Assembly: GCA_947628435.1 (NCBI GenBank)
Contig: CANQZW010000002.1
Span: 18,079 to 82,078, forward strand
Reading direction: 5' to 3'
Origin: an uncultured Bacilli bacterium
GTDB lineage: Bacteria > Bacillota_I > Bacilli_A > RF39 > UBA660
Length of the DNA stretch: 64,000 nt
The position numbers and the translations under genes are program-made. The notes under the pieces were generated by a model. The model saw only the letters and a list, made by a program, of their open reading frames with translations, did not search any database and was not told where the DNA came from. How positions within the stretch are numbered: the stretch's first letter is position 1; each line of letters begins with the position of its first letter. Positions 9,674 through 18,579 of the stretch are shown one piece after another.

Positions 9674-10771
9674 ATGTCTTTAACGGCGGGTATAGTTGGA
9701 CTACCTAACGTGGGTAAATCAACTTTATTTAACGCGATTACTAAAAAAAATATTTTAGCAGCTAATTACCCTTTTGCAACAATAGAACCAAACGTTGGCA
9801 TGGTAACCGTACCAGATAAAAGATTGGATTTTTTAAATGAACTTATTAAACCTAAGAGTTTAGTTCCAACAACTTTTGAATTTACGGATATAGCAGGGTT
9901 AGTTAAAGGGGCTTCCCACGGAGAAGGCTTAGGTAATAAGTTTTTATCACACATAAGGGACGTTGATGCAGTAGTTGAGGTAGTAAGGTGTTTTGACGAT
10001 ACAAATATCACTCACGTTGAGGGTGGCCCAAACCCACTTCGCGATATAGAAATAATTGATGTTGAGTTTGTTTTTTGTGATTTAGAGGTTATTGATAATA
10101 GACTTGGTAAAATAGAAAAAAAAGCCATTTCAACAAAAGATAAAGAAGCTTTAAAGGAAGTAGAGCTTTTAAAACGTATTAAAGTAGCATTAGAGGATAA
10201 TATTCCCGCTAGAAAATTAGAATATTCAGAAGATGATTTAAAAATTCTTAAGGCATTTAATCTTCTTACAATGAAACCAGTTATTTATGTCGCAAATATT
10301 AAAGAAGATGAAATAGGAACAGATAATGATTATGTTAAGAAGGTAAAAGAATATGCAAAAAAAGATAATGCTGAAGTAATTACCTTATGTGCAAAAATAG
10401 AAGAGGAATTAAGTGGATTTGATGACGAAGAAAAACAAGCTTTTTTAAATGATTTAGGAATAGAAGAAAGCGGTCTTGATAAGCTGATTAAAGCGTCATA
10501 CTCACTTTTAGGACTTCAAACATATTTTACTGCTGGTGAAAAAGAAGTAAGGGCTTGGACTTTTAAAAAAGGTATGAAAGCGCCTTCTTGTGCAGGAATT
10601 ATCCACAGTGATTTTGAAAAAGGTTTTATTAGAGCAGAGGTAATAAGTTTTTCTGATTATGAAAAGTATAAGGGTGAAAAAGGAGCTAAAGAAGCAGGAA
10701 AACTAAGAAGCGAAGGAAAAGAATACGTAATGCAAGACGGAGACGTTTGTTTATTTAGATTTAATAATTAA
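9674..10771 (+). CDS. ychF: Ribosome-binding ATPase YchF
   Basis: Start at ATG 9674 (MSLTAGIVGLPNVGKSTLFNA). DIAGLVKGAS; C-terminal TGS-like segment ending MQDGDVCLFRFN. Confidence 0.95.
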   Translation: MSLTAGIVGLPNVGKSTLFNAITKKNILAANYPFATIEPNVGMVTVPDKRLDFLNELIKPKSLVPTTFEFTDIAGLVKGASHGEGLGNKFLSHIRDVDAVVEVVRCFDDTNITHVEGGPNPLRDIEIIDVEFVFCDLEVIDNRLGKIEKKAISTKDKEALKEVELLKRIKVALEDNIPARKLEYSEDDLKILKAFNLLTMKPVIYVANIKEDEIGTDNDYVKKVKEYAKKDNAEVITLCAKIEEELSGFDDEEKQAFLNDLGIEESGLDKLIKASYSLLGLQTYFTAGEKEVRAWTFKKGMKAPSCAGIIHSDFEKGFIRAEVISFSDYEKYKGEKGAKEAGKLRSEGKEYVMQDGDVCLFRFNN

Positions 10772-10892
10772 TTTACTAAAACTTTTTATTAGAATATCAT
10801 TAAAAAACTAAAACAAACTTATAAAAAGTAATAATTATAATTTGCTTTAAAATAATAAGTATTATAAATTATTAATTTGAATATGTTTTAAT

Positions 10893-10922
10893 AAAAGAAG
10901 GTTTACATTAATCTTCTTTTTT
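10893..10922 (+). terminator. Weak terminator hairpin after ychF, overlapping the rpsF promoter
   Basis: AAAAGAAG (10893-10900) pairs with CTTCTTTT (10913-10920), followed by Ts. The loop contains the rpsF -35. Confidence 0.35.
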
Positions 10923-10930
10923 GTTATAAT
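10902..10930 (+). promoter_or_regulatory. SigA-type promoter of rpsF-ssb-rpsR
   Basis: TTTACA (10902-10907), 17-bp spacer containing a TG extension, TATAAT (10925-10930). Confidence 0.65.
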
Positions 10931-11009
10931 ACAAAGCGAGTAATGGAATTACTCTCTTGCTCTTAACTAGATTAAGGGCCGAATAGACCAAAAGAGGAGG
11001 ATAGGTAAA
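10931..11009 (+). ncRNA. rpsF 5' leader, candidate S6:S18 autoregulatory element
   Basis: About 75-nt leader with a perfect hairpin GAGTAAT-gga-ATTACTC and a GC-enriched GGGCCGAATAGACC segment just before the AGAGGAGG Shine-Dalgarno. Confidence 0.3.
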
Positions 11010-11294
11010 ATGAAATACGAAATTATGTTCATTGTAAGACCTAACATTGAAGAGGCAAGTGTTAAAGAAGTTGCTAAAAATTTTGAAAAAGTTTTAACAG
11101 ATAACGGTGCTAAAGTAACATCTTCAAAAGATTTAGGTCAAAAAGAGTTAGCATATGAAGTAAAAGGATTTAAAACCGGATATTACTTCTTGATTAACCT
11201 TGAATCAAATGATTCAAAAGCAATTAATGAATTTGATCGTTTAGCATTAATAAGTGAAGATGTTATTCGTCATTTAATCGTAAAAGAAGACTAA
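11010..11294 (+). CDS. rpsF: 30S ribosomal protein S6
   Basis: MKYEIMFIVRPN...; first gene of the rpsF-ssb-rpsR operon. Confidence 0.95.
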   Translation: MKYEIMFIVRPNIEEASVKEVAKNFEKVLTDNGAKVTSSKDLGQKELAYEVKGFKTGYYFLINLESNDSKAINEFDRLALISEDVIRHLIVKED

Positions 11295-11314
11295 TTAAAG
11301 GTGAGGAAGAAATT

Positions 11315-11782
11315 ATGAATAAAGCTTTTTTAATTGGAAGATTAACAAGGGACCCAGAACTTAGATATTCGTCTAGCAATGCTGCTATTGTAAATTTTTC
11401 TATTGCAATAGATAGACAATATACTAACAATCAAGGCCAAAGGGAAACTGATTTTATTAATATAGTTGCTTTTCAAAAACAAGCTGAAAACATAAAAAAA
11501 TATGTAACTAAAGGTTCTTTAGTTGCTGTTGATGGAAGAATTCAAACTAGAAACTATGAAGATAAAGATGGAAAACGTGTTTATGTAACTGAGGTTGTAG
11601 CAGATCGTGTTCAATTCCTTGATTCTAGAAATTCTTCAAATAACACAAGTAATAATGATGATAGTGTATCACCAGCTGATTTTCAAACGGAAGAGGCACC
11701 AAAAGAAACAAACGTATCTGATGATGTGTTTGCAGATTTTGGTAGCAGTATAGAAATAAGTGATGATGATATAGCTTTTTAA
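11315..11782 (+). CDS. ssb: Single-stranded DNA-binding protein
   Basis: [20 protein letters not shown]-fold N-terminus; acidic C-terminal tip DDDIAF. Confidence 0.95.
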   Translation: MNKAFLIGRLTRDPELRYSSSNAAIVNFSIAIDRQYTNNQGQRETDFINIVAFQKQAENIKKYVTKGSLVAVDGRIQTRNYEDKDGKRVYVTEVVADRVQFLDSRNSSNNTSNNDDSVSPADFQTEEAPKETNVSDDVFADFGSSIEISDDDIAF

Positions 11783-11804
11783 TTTAAATAAAGGAGGAAT
11801 ACAA

Positions 11805-12020
11805 ATGGCAGAGTTTTTTAGAAAGAAAAAGAAGATATGTCAAATGTGTGCTGGAAAAAGTGTAGATTATAAAGATCCTGAAATCTTAAAAAAATACATA
11901 AATGAAAAAGGTAAAATATTACCTAGGAGAGTAACTGGAGCTTGCTCTAAGCACCAAAGATATATTGCACAACAAATTAAAAGAGCTCGTATGATAGCTT
12001 TATTACCATTTTCAAAATAG
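11805..12020 (+). CDS. rpsR: 30S ribosomal protein S18
   Basis: KKICQMC...DYKD...[18 protein letters not shown]...KHQR. Confidence 0.95.
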   Translation: MAEFFRKKKKICQMCAGKSVDYKDPEILKKYINEKGKILPRRVTGACSKHQRYIAQQIKRARMIALLPFSK

Positions 12021-12060
12021 AAGAAAGCGATGGTGTAATTCACCAAGCTTTCTTTTCTTT
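12021..12060 (+). terminator. Rho-independent terminator after rpsR
   Basis: AAGAAAGC..TGGTG taatt CACCA..GCTTTCTT compound stem, followed by a T-rich tract. Confidence 0.7.
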
Positions 12061-12117
12061 AGTTAAAAAGTATGTTATAATACAATACGTATTATGTAAT
12101 TATGAAGGTGGCTAATT

Positions 12118-12558
12118 ATGAAAGTTATATTTATAAAGGATGTTAAAAACCAGGGTAAGGCTGGTGACATAAAAGAGGTTAAAGATGGTTATGCTCAAAA
12201 TTTTTTAATTAAAAATGGGTATGCTGTTTTATATACTAAAAGAAGTAAAGAAATATTGGATATAAATAATAAAAATAAGGCAGACGCGTATGCCTTAGAA
12301 GTTAAAAAGTGTGAAAAAATAAAAGAAGAATTAAAGGATAAGGTTTTAAAATTTAGTGTTAAAACCGGTAATAAAGATCAGGTGTTTGGTGTTATATCAA
12401 CTAAACAAATTTCTTTAGAATTAGAAAAAATGGGTTATAAGATAGATAAGAAAAAAATTATAATTGATGGACCTATTAGTTCTCTTGGTTTTCATGAGGT
12501 TAAGATAAATTTACATAAACAGGTTCAAGCTAAAATAAGAGTAGAATTAGTTAAGTAG
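12118..12558 (+). CDS. rplI: 50S ribosomal protein L9
   Basis: MKVIFIKDVKNQGKAGDIKEVKDGYAQNFLI. Preceded by TGTTATAAT at 12073-12081. Confidence 0.95.
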   Translation: MKVIFIKDVKNQGKAGDIKEVKDGYAQNFLIKNGYAVLYTKRSKEILDINNKNKADAYALEVKKCEKIKEELKDKVLKFSVKTGNKDQVFGVISTKQISLELEKMGYKIDKKKIIIDGPISSLGFHEVKINLHKQVQAKIRVELVK

Positions 12559-12577
12559 TAGATAAAGGAGTGATAAA

Positions 12578-13921
12578 ATGGCTGAAAGAAAAATACCAAG
12601 TAGCATTGAGGCAGAAAAGGCTGTATTAGGTTCCGCTTTTTTATCTAAGAATGCTTTACAAAAAATTTGTGATGAATTATCTATTGATGCATTTTATAGT
12701 GATGCAAATGCTAAAATATTTGAAACTTTACAAGAATTAAATGATTCATCAACCCCGATAGATATTACTATTTTAACTAATAAATTAAGTGATAAGAAAA
12801 TTTTAAGTGTGGTAGGTAACGTAGAGTATTTATCGGAAATAATAGATTCTGTTGCTTCTGTATCTAACGTTGATTATTATATTAACATCTTAAAGGAAAA
12901 GATGATTGGCAGAAAAATAATTGAAACAGCAACAGAAATAGCAAATGATGCATATGCAAGTGAAGATTCGATATATGATGTTTTAGATAATGCTGAAATG
13001 AAGATGCTTAGAATTGGTAATATGAGAAAAACAACTGAATTTCAAAGAATTCAGGATGTTGCGTATAAAGAACAAGCTAATCTTGAAAAACTATCTGAAT
13101 TGGGTTCTGAAATAACTGGACTTGCTACTGGATTTACTGAACTAGATAGGTTAACATCAGGATTACAACCAAATCAATTTATCATAATTGCAGCAAGACC
13201 TGCTATGGGTAAAACAGCCTTTGCTCTTAATCTTGCAACTTATGCTGCCATGCATGGTAAAAAATCAGTAGCATTATTTAATTTAGAAATGAGCGTAGAG
13301 CAATTAGCAAATAGAATATTGCAATCATTAGGGCAAATAAATGGTTCTAAGATGCGTACGGGTAGACTTGAACATAATGATTGGAAAAGATTAAATGAGG
13401 CTATTAGTAGGCTTTCTGATACAAACTTATTTTTAGATGATACACCTGGTATAACAATTGGTGAAATAAGATCTAAGTGTAGAAGGTTAGCTAATTCGGA
13501 TAAGGGTTTGGGTCTTGTCGTAATAGATTATCTACAATTAATAACAGGTCCTTCTAAGGTGTTAGGAAACAGACAACAAGAGGTATCTGAGATATCACGT
13601 AGTTTAAAAACTATGGCTCTTGAATTAGGCGTGCCAGTAATTGCTTTAGCACAATTATCACGTGCTGTTGAATCAAGGGAAGATAAAAGACCAATAATGA
13701 GTGATTTACGTGAATCTGGTTCTATTGAACAAGATGCAGATATAGTTTCGTTCTTATATCGTGATGATTATTATAATAAAGAAAAAAGACGAGATGATAA
13801 TGCTAGTATAACAGAGCTTATCATAGGTAAAAACAGAAGTGGTCCTACAAAAACAATAGAATTGTTATTTAGAATGGATACCAGTACGTTTGTTAATTTT
13901 CAAAGAGAGAATGGTGAATAA
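12578..13921 (+). CDS. dnaB: Replicative DNA helicase (DnaB family; DnaC in Bacillus nomenclature)
   Basis: PSSIEAEKAVLGS, Walker A ARPAMGKTAFALN, VVIDYLQLI, ALAQLSR, RESGSIEQDAD. Confidence 0.95.
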   Translation: MAERKIPSSIEAEKAVLGSAFLSKNALQKICDELSIDAFYSDANAKIFETLQELNDSSTPIDITILTNKLSDKKILSVVGNVEYLSEIIDSVASVSNVDYYINILKEKMIGRKIIETATEIANDAYASEDSIYDVLDNAEMKMLRIGNMRKTTEFQRIQDVAYKEQANLEKLSELGSEITGLATGFTELDRLTSGLQPNQFIIIAARPAMGKTAFALNLATYAAMHGKKSVALFNLEMSVEQLANRILQSLGQINGSKMRTGRLEHNDWKRLNEAISRLSDTNLFLDDTPGITIGEIRSKCRRLANSDKGLGLVVIDYLQLITGPSKVLGNRQQEVSEISRSLKTMALELGVPVIALAQLSRAVESREDKRPIMSDLRESGSIEQDADIVSFLYRDDYYNKEKRRDDNASITELIIGKNRSGPTKTIELLFRMDTSTFVNFQRENGE

Positions 13922-13923
13922 TT

Positions 13924-15396
13924 ATGTTAAAAGTGATAAAAACGGGGTTAATTTATTTATGTTCAGTTGCTTTAGCTGTTGCTATTGTAATGTTAGTTAA
14001 ATTTACTAATAATTATGGACTTAATCCTAAAGAAGTTTATAAAGTATACTTAGATGGTAAATCTGTTGGTAATATAGCTAATAAACAAGAATTAGAAGAA
14101 TACATAAATGAAGAACAAAAGGAATTAAAAGAAAAATATTTAGTTGATAAAGTGTATATTCCAACTGGAGTTGATATTCAAAAGTGTACAACTTATGAAA
14201 AACAAGTTTTAACAGCTAAACAGGTTCATAATTTAATAAAAGAAGAAAAACCATTTACTGTAAAAGGTTATAAAATAACAATTAAGCCATTAACTGATGA
14301 AGAAGAAAAGATAACAATTAATGTGCTTGATAAAAAAATGTTTGATAGAGCTTTAAAATCTGTTGTAGAGGCATTCGTAAGTGAAGAACAAGTGAAAAAT
14401 TATGAAAATGACACACAACCAGAAATAAAAGATACAGGTTCAATAATAGAGGATATATATATTGATCAAGATATAACGATAAAAAAAGGCTATATATCAA
14501 CTGATGAACAGATTTTTACTGATGAAAAATTATTAACTAAATATTTACTTTTTGGGGATTTAAAAGATGATCAGTATTATACGGTTAAGGAAGGCGATAC
14601 TATCGATTCAATAGCTTATGATCATAAGCTTGCAACTGCAGAATTCTTAGTTGTTAATCCCGAATTTACAAGTTCTAATAATTTGTTATCAGTAGGACAA
14701 CAAGTAAAGGTAGGACTTATTGCACCAATTGTTGATGTTGTTGTTGAATCACATACGGTTTTAGACCAAGAAAGTCAGTATAAGACTACAACTGAGTATG
14801 ATGCTAATATGAGTGCGGGCCTTCAAAAGGTAGAAGTTGAAGGACAAAATGGCGTTGATCGTTTGACAACAAAATTAAAAACTGTAAATGGGGAAACAAC
14901 CAACGTTGTAATTGTAAACAGAGACGTTATAACTCCTTCAGTAGATAAAGTAGTTAAAGTTGGTACTAAAGTTTATGGTGGTGCAACCGCACCAATTATG
15001 TCAGGTTCTTGGGCTTGGCCTACAATTTCTCAATATTATATATCAAGTTATTTTGGTTATCGTTGGGGTAAAATTCACGAGGCATTAGATATAGCAGGTA
15101 GTGGTGAAGGCTCTCCAATATTTGCAGCAGGATCAGGTACGGTAGTAACATCACAAAATAAAGGAAGCTTAGGTAACCATGTTACGATAAATCATGGTAA
15201 TGGTTATTATACACTTTATGCTCATATGCATTCTAGATTAGTTCAAGTAGGCCAAACTGTTGAAAAAGGTCAACAAATTGGTACGATGGGTCATACTGGA
15301 TTTGCAACTGGTACCCATTTACACTTTGGTTTATATAAAAATGGTCTTCCTTATAGGGATGGTATACCAATGGATCCAATGATACTATATCGATAA
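13924..15396 (+). CDS. Membrane-anchored LysM + G5 + M23 (LytM-type) peptidoglycan endopeptidase
   Basis: N-terminal TM helix. LysM: YYTVKEGDTIDSIAYDH...VGQQVKV. G5-like: VEVEGQNGVDRLT...VVKVGTK. M23: HEALDIAG...YAHMHS...GHTGFATGTHLHFG. Confidence 0.85.
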   Translation: MLKVIKTGLIYLCSVALAVAIVMLVKFTNNYGLNPKEVYKVYLDGKSVGNIANKQELEEYINEEQKELKEKYLVDKVYIPTGVDIQKCTTYEKQVLTAKQVHNLIKEEKPFTVKGYKITIKPLTDEEEKITINVLDKKMFDRALKSVVEAFVSEEQVKNYENDTQPEIKDTGSIIEDIYIDQDITIKKGYISTDEQIFTDEKLLTKYLLFGDLKDDQYYTVKEGDTIDSIAYDHKLATAEFLVVNPEFTSSNNLLSVGQQVKVGLIAPIVDVVVESHTVLDQESQYKTTTEYDANMSAGLQKVEVEGQNGVDRLTTKLKTVNGETTNVVIVNRDVITPSVDKVVKVGTKVYGGATAPIMSGSWAWPTISQYYISSYFGYRWGKIHEALDIAGSGEGSPIFAAGSGTVVTSQNKGSLGNHVTINHGNGYYTLYAHMHSRLVQVGQTVEKGQQIGTMGHTGFATGTHLHFGLYKNGLPYRDGIPMDPMILYR

Positions 15397-16163
15397 TGAA
15401 ATTAGCGGTATTATCAAGTGGAAGCAGGGGTAATTGTGCATTAATACAAACTGGTAGCACCAAGATTTTAATTGATCTTGGTGTTACTAAATCATATGTA
15501 GAGGAAAAATTAGCAGAATTAAAAGTGGATCCAGAAGAAATAAATGCAATATTAATAACACATACCCATGTTGATCATATACAAGGTTTAAAAGTATTTT
15601 TAAAAAAATATCATCCAAAATTATATGTTAATAAAACTATACTTAGTCTTTTAAAAGAATACATAGATGATTTTTCATATGTTGTTTATGAAACTAATAA
15701 TTTTAAAATTGGAGATGTTGATATACAAGTAATAAAAACATCACATGACGTAAGTGGTTCTGTTGGTTTTATTATTAAAAATAATGAAAAGTCATTGGTT
15801 TATATAACAGATACAGGTTATATAAATAATAAATATCATGAAAGCTTAAGAAATCATAATTTATATGTAATTGAAAGTAATCATGACGTAGAAATGCTTA
15901 TGAATGGTAAATATCCTTTTCATTTAAAGAAGAGAATTTTAAGTGATAAAGGACACTTATCTAATGATGATGCATCTTATTATTTATCAGAGTTTATAGG
16001 TAGTAATACTAATACAATTATTTTGGCACATCTAAGTGATGATAATAATACGTATGAAAAAGCTATTAATACTTTAACAGGGGTATTAAAATCAAAAAAT
16101 AAGATGGTAAAAAATATTATAGTTGCTAAGCAAAAACAAACAACGGATTGGATAGAGGTATGA
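15396..16163 (+). CDS. MBL-fold metallo-hydrolase, WalJ/YycJ-like
   Basis: ITHTHVDHIQG (HxHxDH). About 255 aa and located immediately upstream of rlmH as in Bacilli. The start overlaps the preceding stop by 1 nt (TAATG). Confidence 0.8.
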   Translation: MKLAVLSSGSRGNCALIQTGSTKILIDLGVTKSYVEEKLAELKVDPEEINAILITHTHVDHIQGLKVFLKKYHPKLYVNKTILSLLKEYIDDFSYVVYETNNFKIGDVDIQVIKTSHDVSGSVGFIIKNNEKSLVYITDTGYINNKYHESLRNHNLYVIESNHDVEMLMNGKYPFHLKKRILSDKGHLSNDDASYYLSEFIGSNTNTIILAHLSDDNNTYEKAINTLTGVLKSKNKMVKNIIVAKQKQTTDWIEV

Positions 16164-16606
16164 TAAAGGTAATTTGTGTTGGTAAAGTAAAAGAACAATA
16201 TTTTAATGAGGCTTTAAAAGAATATGAAAAAAGATTAAGTAAATATACGAAATTACAAATAATAGAACTACCGGATTATAATTATGACATACAAAAAACA
16301 ATTTTAGAAGAAGGTAAAAATATATTATCTAAACTAAATGATAATGATTATGTTATTGTTACAAATATAAATGGTAATAAATTAAATTCTGTAATGTTAT
16401 CTAATTTTATTAATAAAAATCTATCAAAAAACTTAGTTTTTATAATAGGTGGTTCATACGGATTATCAGATGATGTTATGAAAAGGGCTAATTACTGTAT
16501 ATCATTTTCTGATTTAACTTTTCCACATCAATTATTTAGAATTATTTTATTAGAACAAATATATCGTTCATTTAAAATAATAAATAATGAGAGCTATCAT
16601 AAATAG
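16160..16606 (+). CDS. rlmH: 23S rRNA (pseudouridine1915-N3)-methyltransferase RlmH
   Basis: ATG 16160 in an ATGA overlap with the upstream stop. MIKVICVGK...IGGSYGLS...LTFPHQL.RIILLEQIYRSF...SYHK (SPOUT). Confidence 0.9.
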   Translation: MIKVICVGKVKEQYFNEALKEYEKRLSKYTKLQIIELPDYNYDIQKTILEEGKNILSKLNDNDYVIVTNINGNKLNSVMLSNFINKNLSKNLVFIIGGSYGLSDDVMKRANYCISFSDLTFPHQLFRIILLEQIYRSFKIINNESYHK

Positions 16607-16615
16607 CTCTTTTTG
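16591..16615. terminator. Hairpin terminator at the rlmH stop, between convergent rlmH and fic
   Basis: GAGCTAT (16591-16597) cataa ATAGCTC (16603-16609), followed by TTTTTG. Confidence 0.6.
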
Positions 16616-16627
16616 TTTGTTCTTTTT

Positions 16628-17554
16628 TTATAATAATTCTAAATATTTATTTAACATTTCAATTTCTAAATCATTAACTAATTTGACAAAATGAGTATAA
16701 TTTCCAGTAGTATGTGCCTTATCTAATGCATTATAGTATTCTAATCTTTTTTCTTTTTTTATGATTACTGGAAGATATCCACTATTCATTAAAGATAGAT
16801 TCATAACTAATCTTGATGTTCTTCCGTTACCATCAATAAATGGATGAATTTTAACTAATTCACCATGTAGTAATGCTGCCTTAATAATTGGATGGTATTT
16901 TTTCCAATCATCATAGTTAATAATTAATTTTTTCATTAATTCTGGAACTATTAAATAATCTGGTGGAATATGTATAGCACCTTTTATTTTTACATTCTCA
17001 TCTCTATATTTACCAGCATTCTTATCATCAATTCCTTTTAATACTAATTGATGAATATTTTTAATATTCCATTCAGTAATTGGCTTTTTATCTTTAATAA
17101 GATCATCCAAAAATAATATTGCTTGTTCATGATTGATAGCTTCTAAATGTTCTTTTAATGATTTACCACCAACTGTAATACCTTCTAAAACAACTTGTGT
17201 TTCTCTTAAAGTTAACGTATTTCCTTCTATACCATTGCTATTATAAGTCCATTCTAAATTAATAGATTCTTTTAAAGATTTTAGTGTTTCTTTTGATATA
17301 GGCCTTTTGGAACTTAATTCCTTATTTAATTTATCGACCTCATCAAAATAATTATCAGGTAATTCAAATTTAAATTCAGTATTATTAAATTTAATACTTC
17401 TTTTATCGGCAGGTTTATTAGCATTAATAGGAATATTCCAATTATTACCTACTTTAACGGCACCATCAATTCTTCCATCTTGTAATAATTGTCTTATTCT
17501 TCTTTCACTAATATTCCATTTTTTTACAGCTTCTTTTGTAGTCATAAATTCCAT
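16628..17554 (-). CDS. Fic-domain protein (class II, autoinhibited AMPylase type) with N-terminal excisionase/MerR-like HTH
   Basis: HPFIDGNGRTSRL Fic motif; SNGIEGN matches the (S/T)xxxE(G/N) inhibitory helix; the N-terminus TTKEAVKKWNISERRIRQLLQDGRIDGAVKVGNNWNIP resembles HTH_17. RBS AGAGGTG lies 5 nt before the ATG. Confidence 0.9.
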   Translation of the reverse strand: MEFMTTKEAVKKWNISERRIRQLLQDGRIDGAVKVGNNWNIPINANKPADKRSIKFNNTEFKFELPDNYFDEVDKLNKELSSKRPISKETLKSLKESINLEWTYNSNGIEGNTLTLRETQVVLEGITVGGKSLKEHLEAINHEQAILFLDDLIKDKKPITEWNIKNIHQLVLKGIDDKNAGKYRDENVKIKGAIHIPPDYLIVPELMKKLIINYDDWKKYHPIIKAALLHGELVKIHPFIDGNGRTSRLVMNLSLMNSGYLPVIIKKEKRLEYYNALDKAHTTGNYTHFVKLVNDLEIEMLNKYLELL

Positions 17555-17572
17555 AATTACACCTCTGTTTGT

Positions 17573-17601
17573 ATTATACCGATATCGGTAGTATTTGTCA
17601 A
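17573..17601 (-). promoter_or_regulatory. Consensus SigA promoter of the fic gene
   Basis: The minus strand reads TTGACA (17601-17596), a 17-bp spacer, then TATAAT (17578-17573), followed by acaaacAGAGGTGtaattATG. Confidence 0.7.
17577..17590. promoter_or_regulatory. Operator-like perfect palindrome TACCGATATCGGTA (proximal copy)
   Basis: 14-bp perfect inverted repeat filling the promoter spacer and overlapping the first 2 nt of the -10. Confidence 0.6.
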
Positions 17602-17608
17602 TGTATTT

Positions 17609-17626
17609 TATACCGATATCGGTATA
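17609..17626. promoter_or_regulatory. Operator-like perfect palindrome TATACCGATATCGGTATA (distal copy)
   Basis: 18-bp perfect inverted repeat with the same 14-bp core, 9 bp upstream of the -35. Its centre is 34 bp from the proximal copy. Confidence 0.6.
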
Positions 17627-17904
17627 TTATTATAATATGGTATATTTTGAGCATTATTCATTTTATTATTTATAGTTAATAAAAAATGTAAGTAAAGTAA
17701 AACTCTAAATAATGTTTATTATGAAAAATTACACACTTATAATTTTAATATGTTAAAATTTTGGTGATTGCAACATTTGTTTTTAGGTGAATAACTCTTA
17801 TAATTATTGATTAACAAAGCAAAAAAAACGCAATTGCCTTATCCCAAGGTTTTTGTTTGTTATTTTTAATACATCTGATATAATAAAAACAAAGGAAGTT
17901 AGAA

Positions 17905-18579
17905 TTGACTTATGAGGAGGTGTTAAACTTGTTTCATAATAATTGGGATAATATTTTACATGATGAAATGAAAAAAAGTTATTTTAAGTATATAAAAGAT
18001 TTTGTTAAGGAAGAAAGACTTTCTAAAACAATATATCCACCAGCTCAAGATTTATTTAATGCGTTTAAATTAACTGATTTTAATGATATTAAAGTGGTTA
18101 TTTTAGGTCAAGACCCTTACCACGGTGAAAAAGAAGCCATGGGACTTTCTTTTTCGGTAAGAAGGGGAGTTAGAACACCACCTTCCCTAAAAAATATATT
18201 TAAAGAATTATATGATGACCTAAAAATAAAAAGAACTGATACTGATTTATCAGATTGGGCTAAGCAGGGTGTGTTTTTGCTTAATACGGTTCTTACTGTT
18301 GAAAAAGATAAAGCTAATTCTCATAAGGATATTGGATGGGAAATATTTACTGATTACGTAATCAAACAAATAAATGATAAATTAGATAACGTTGTCTTTA
18401 TTTTATGGGGAAGGCAAGCGAGAGATAAGAAAAGAATTATAACTAATCCTAGTCATTACATAATAGAGTCAGCACATCCATCTCCTTTATCAGCTTATAA
18501 TGGTTTTTTTGGAAGTAAGCCTTTTTCAAAAACAAATAAATATTTAAAAGAGCATAATAAAAAGGAAATTATTTTTTAA
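17905..18579 (+). CDS. ung: Uracil-DNA glycosylase (family 1)
   Basis: GQDPYH, GLSFSV, PPSL.NIF.EL, LLNTVLTVE, ESAHPSPLSA. TTG start 6 nt after AAAGGAAG. Confidence 0.93.
   Translation: MTYEEVLNLFHNNWDNILHDEMKKSYFKYIKDFVKEERLSKTIYPPAQDLFNAFKLTDFNDIKVVILGQDPYHGEKEAMGLSFSVRRGVRTPPSLKNIFKELYDDLKIKRTDTDLSDWAKQGVFLLNTVLTVEKDKANSHKDIGWEIFTDYVIKQINDKLDNVVFILWGRQARDKKRIITNPSHYIIESAHPSPLSAYNGFFGSKPFSKTNKYLKEHNKKEIIF

Noticed and set aside
10599-10607. DnaA-box 9-mers: TTATCCACA at 10599-10607 and TGTGGATAA at 19184-19192
   Set aside because: These are isolated single boxes inside coding sequences (ychF and gerQ), about 8.6 kb apart. There is no cluster, no AT-rich unwinding element and no dnaA/dnaN. 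Consistent with chance, not an origin.
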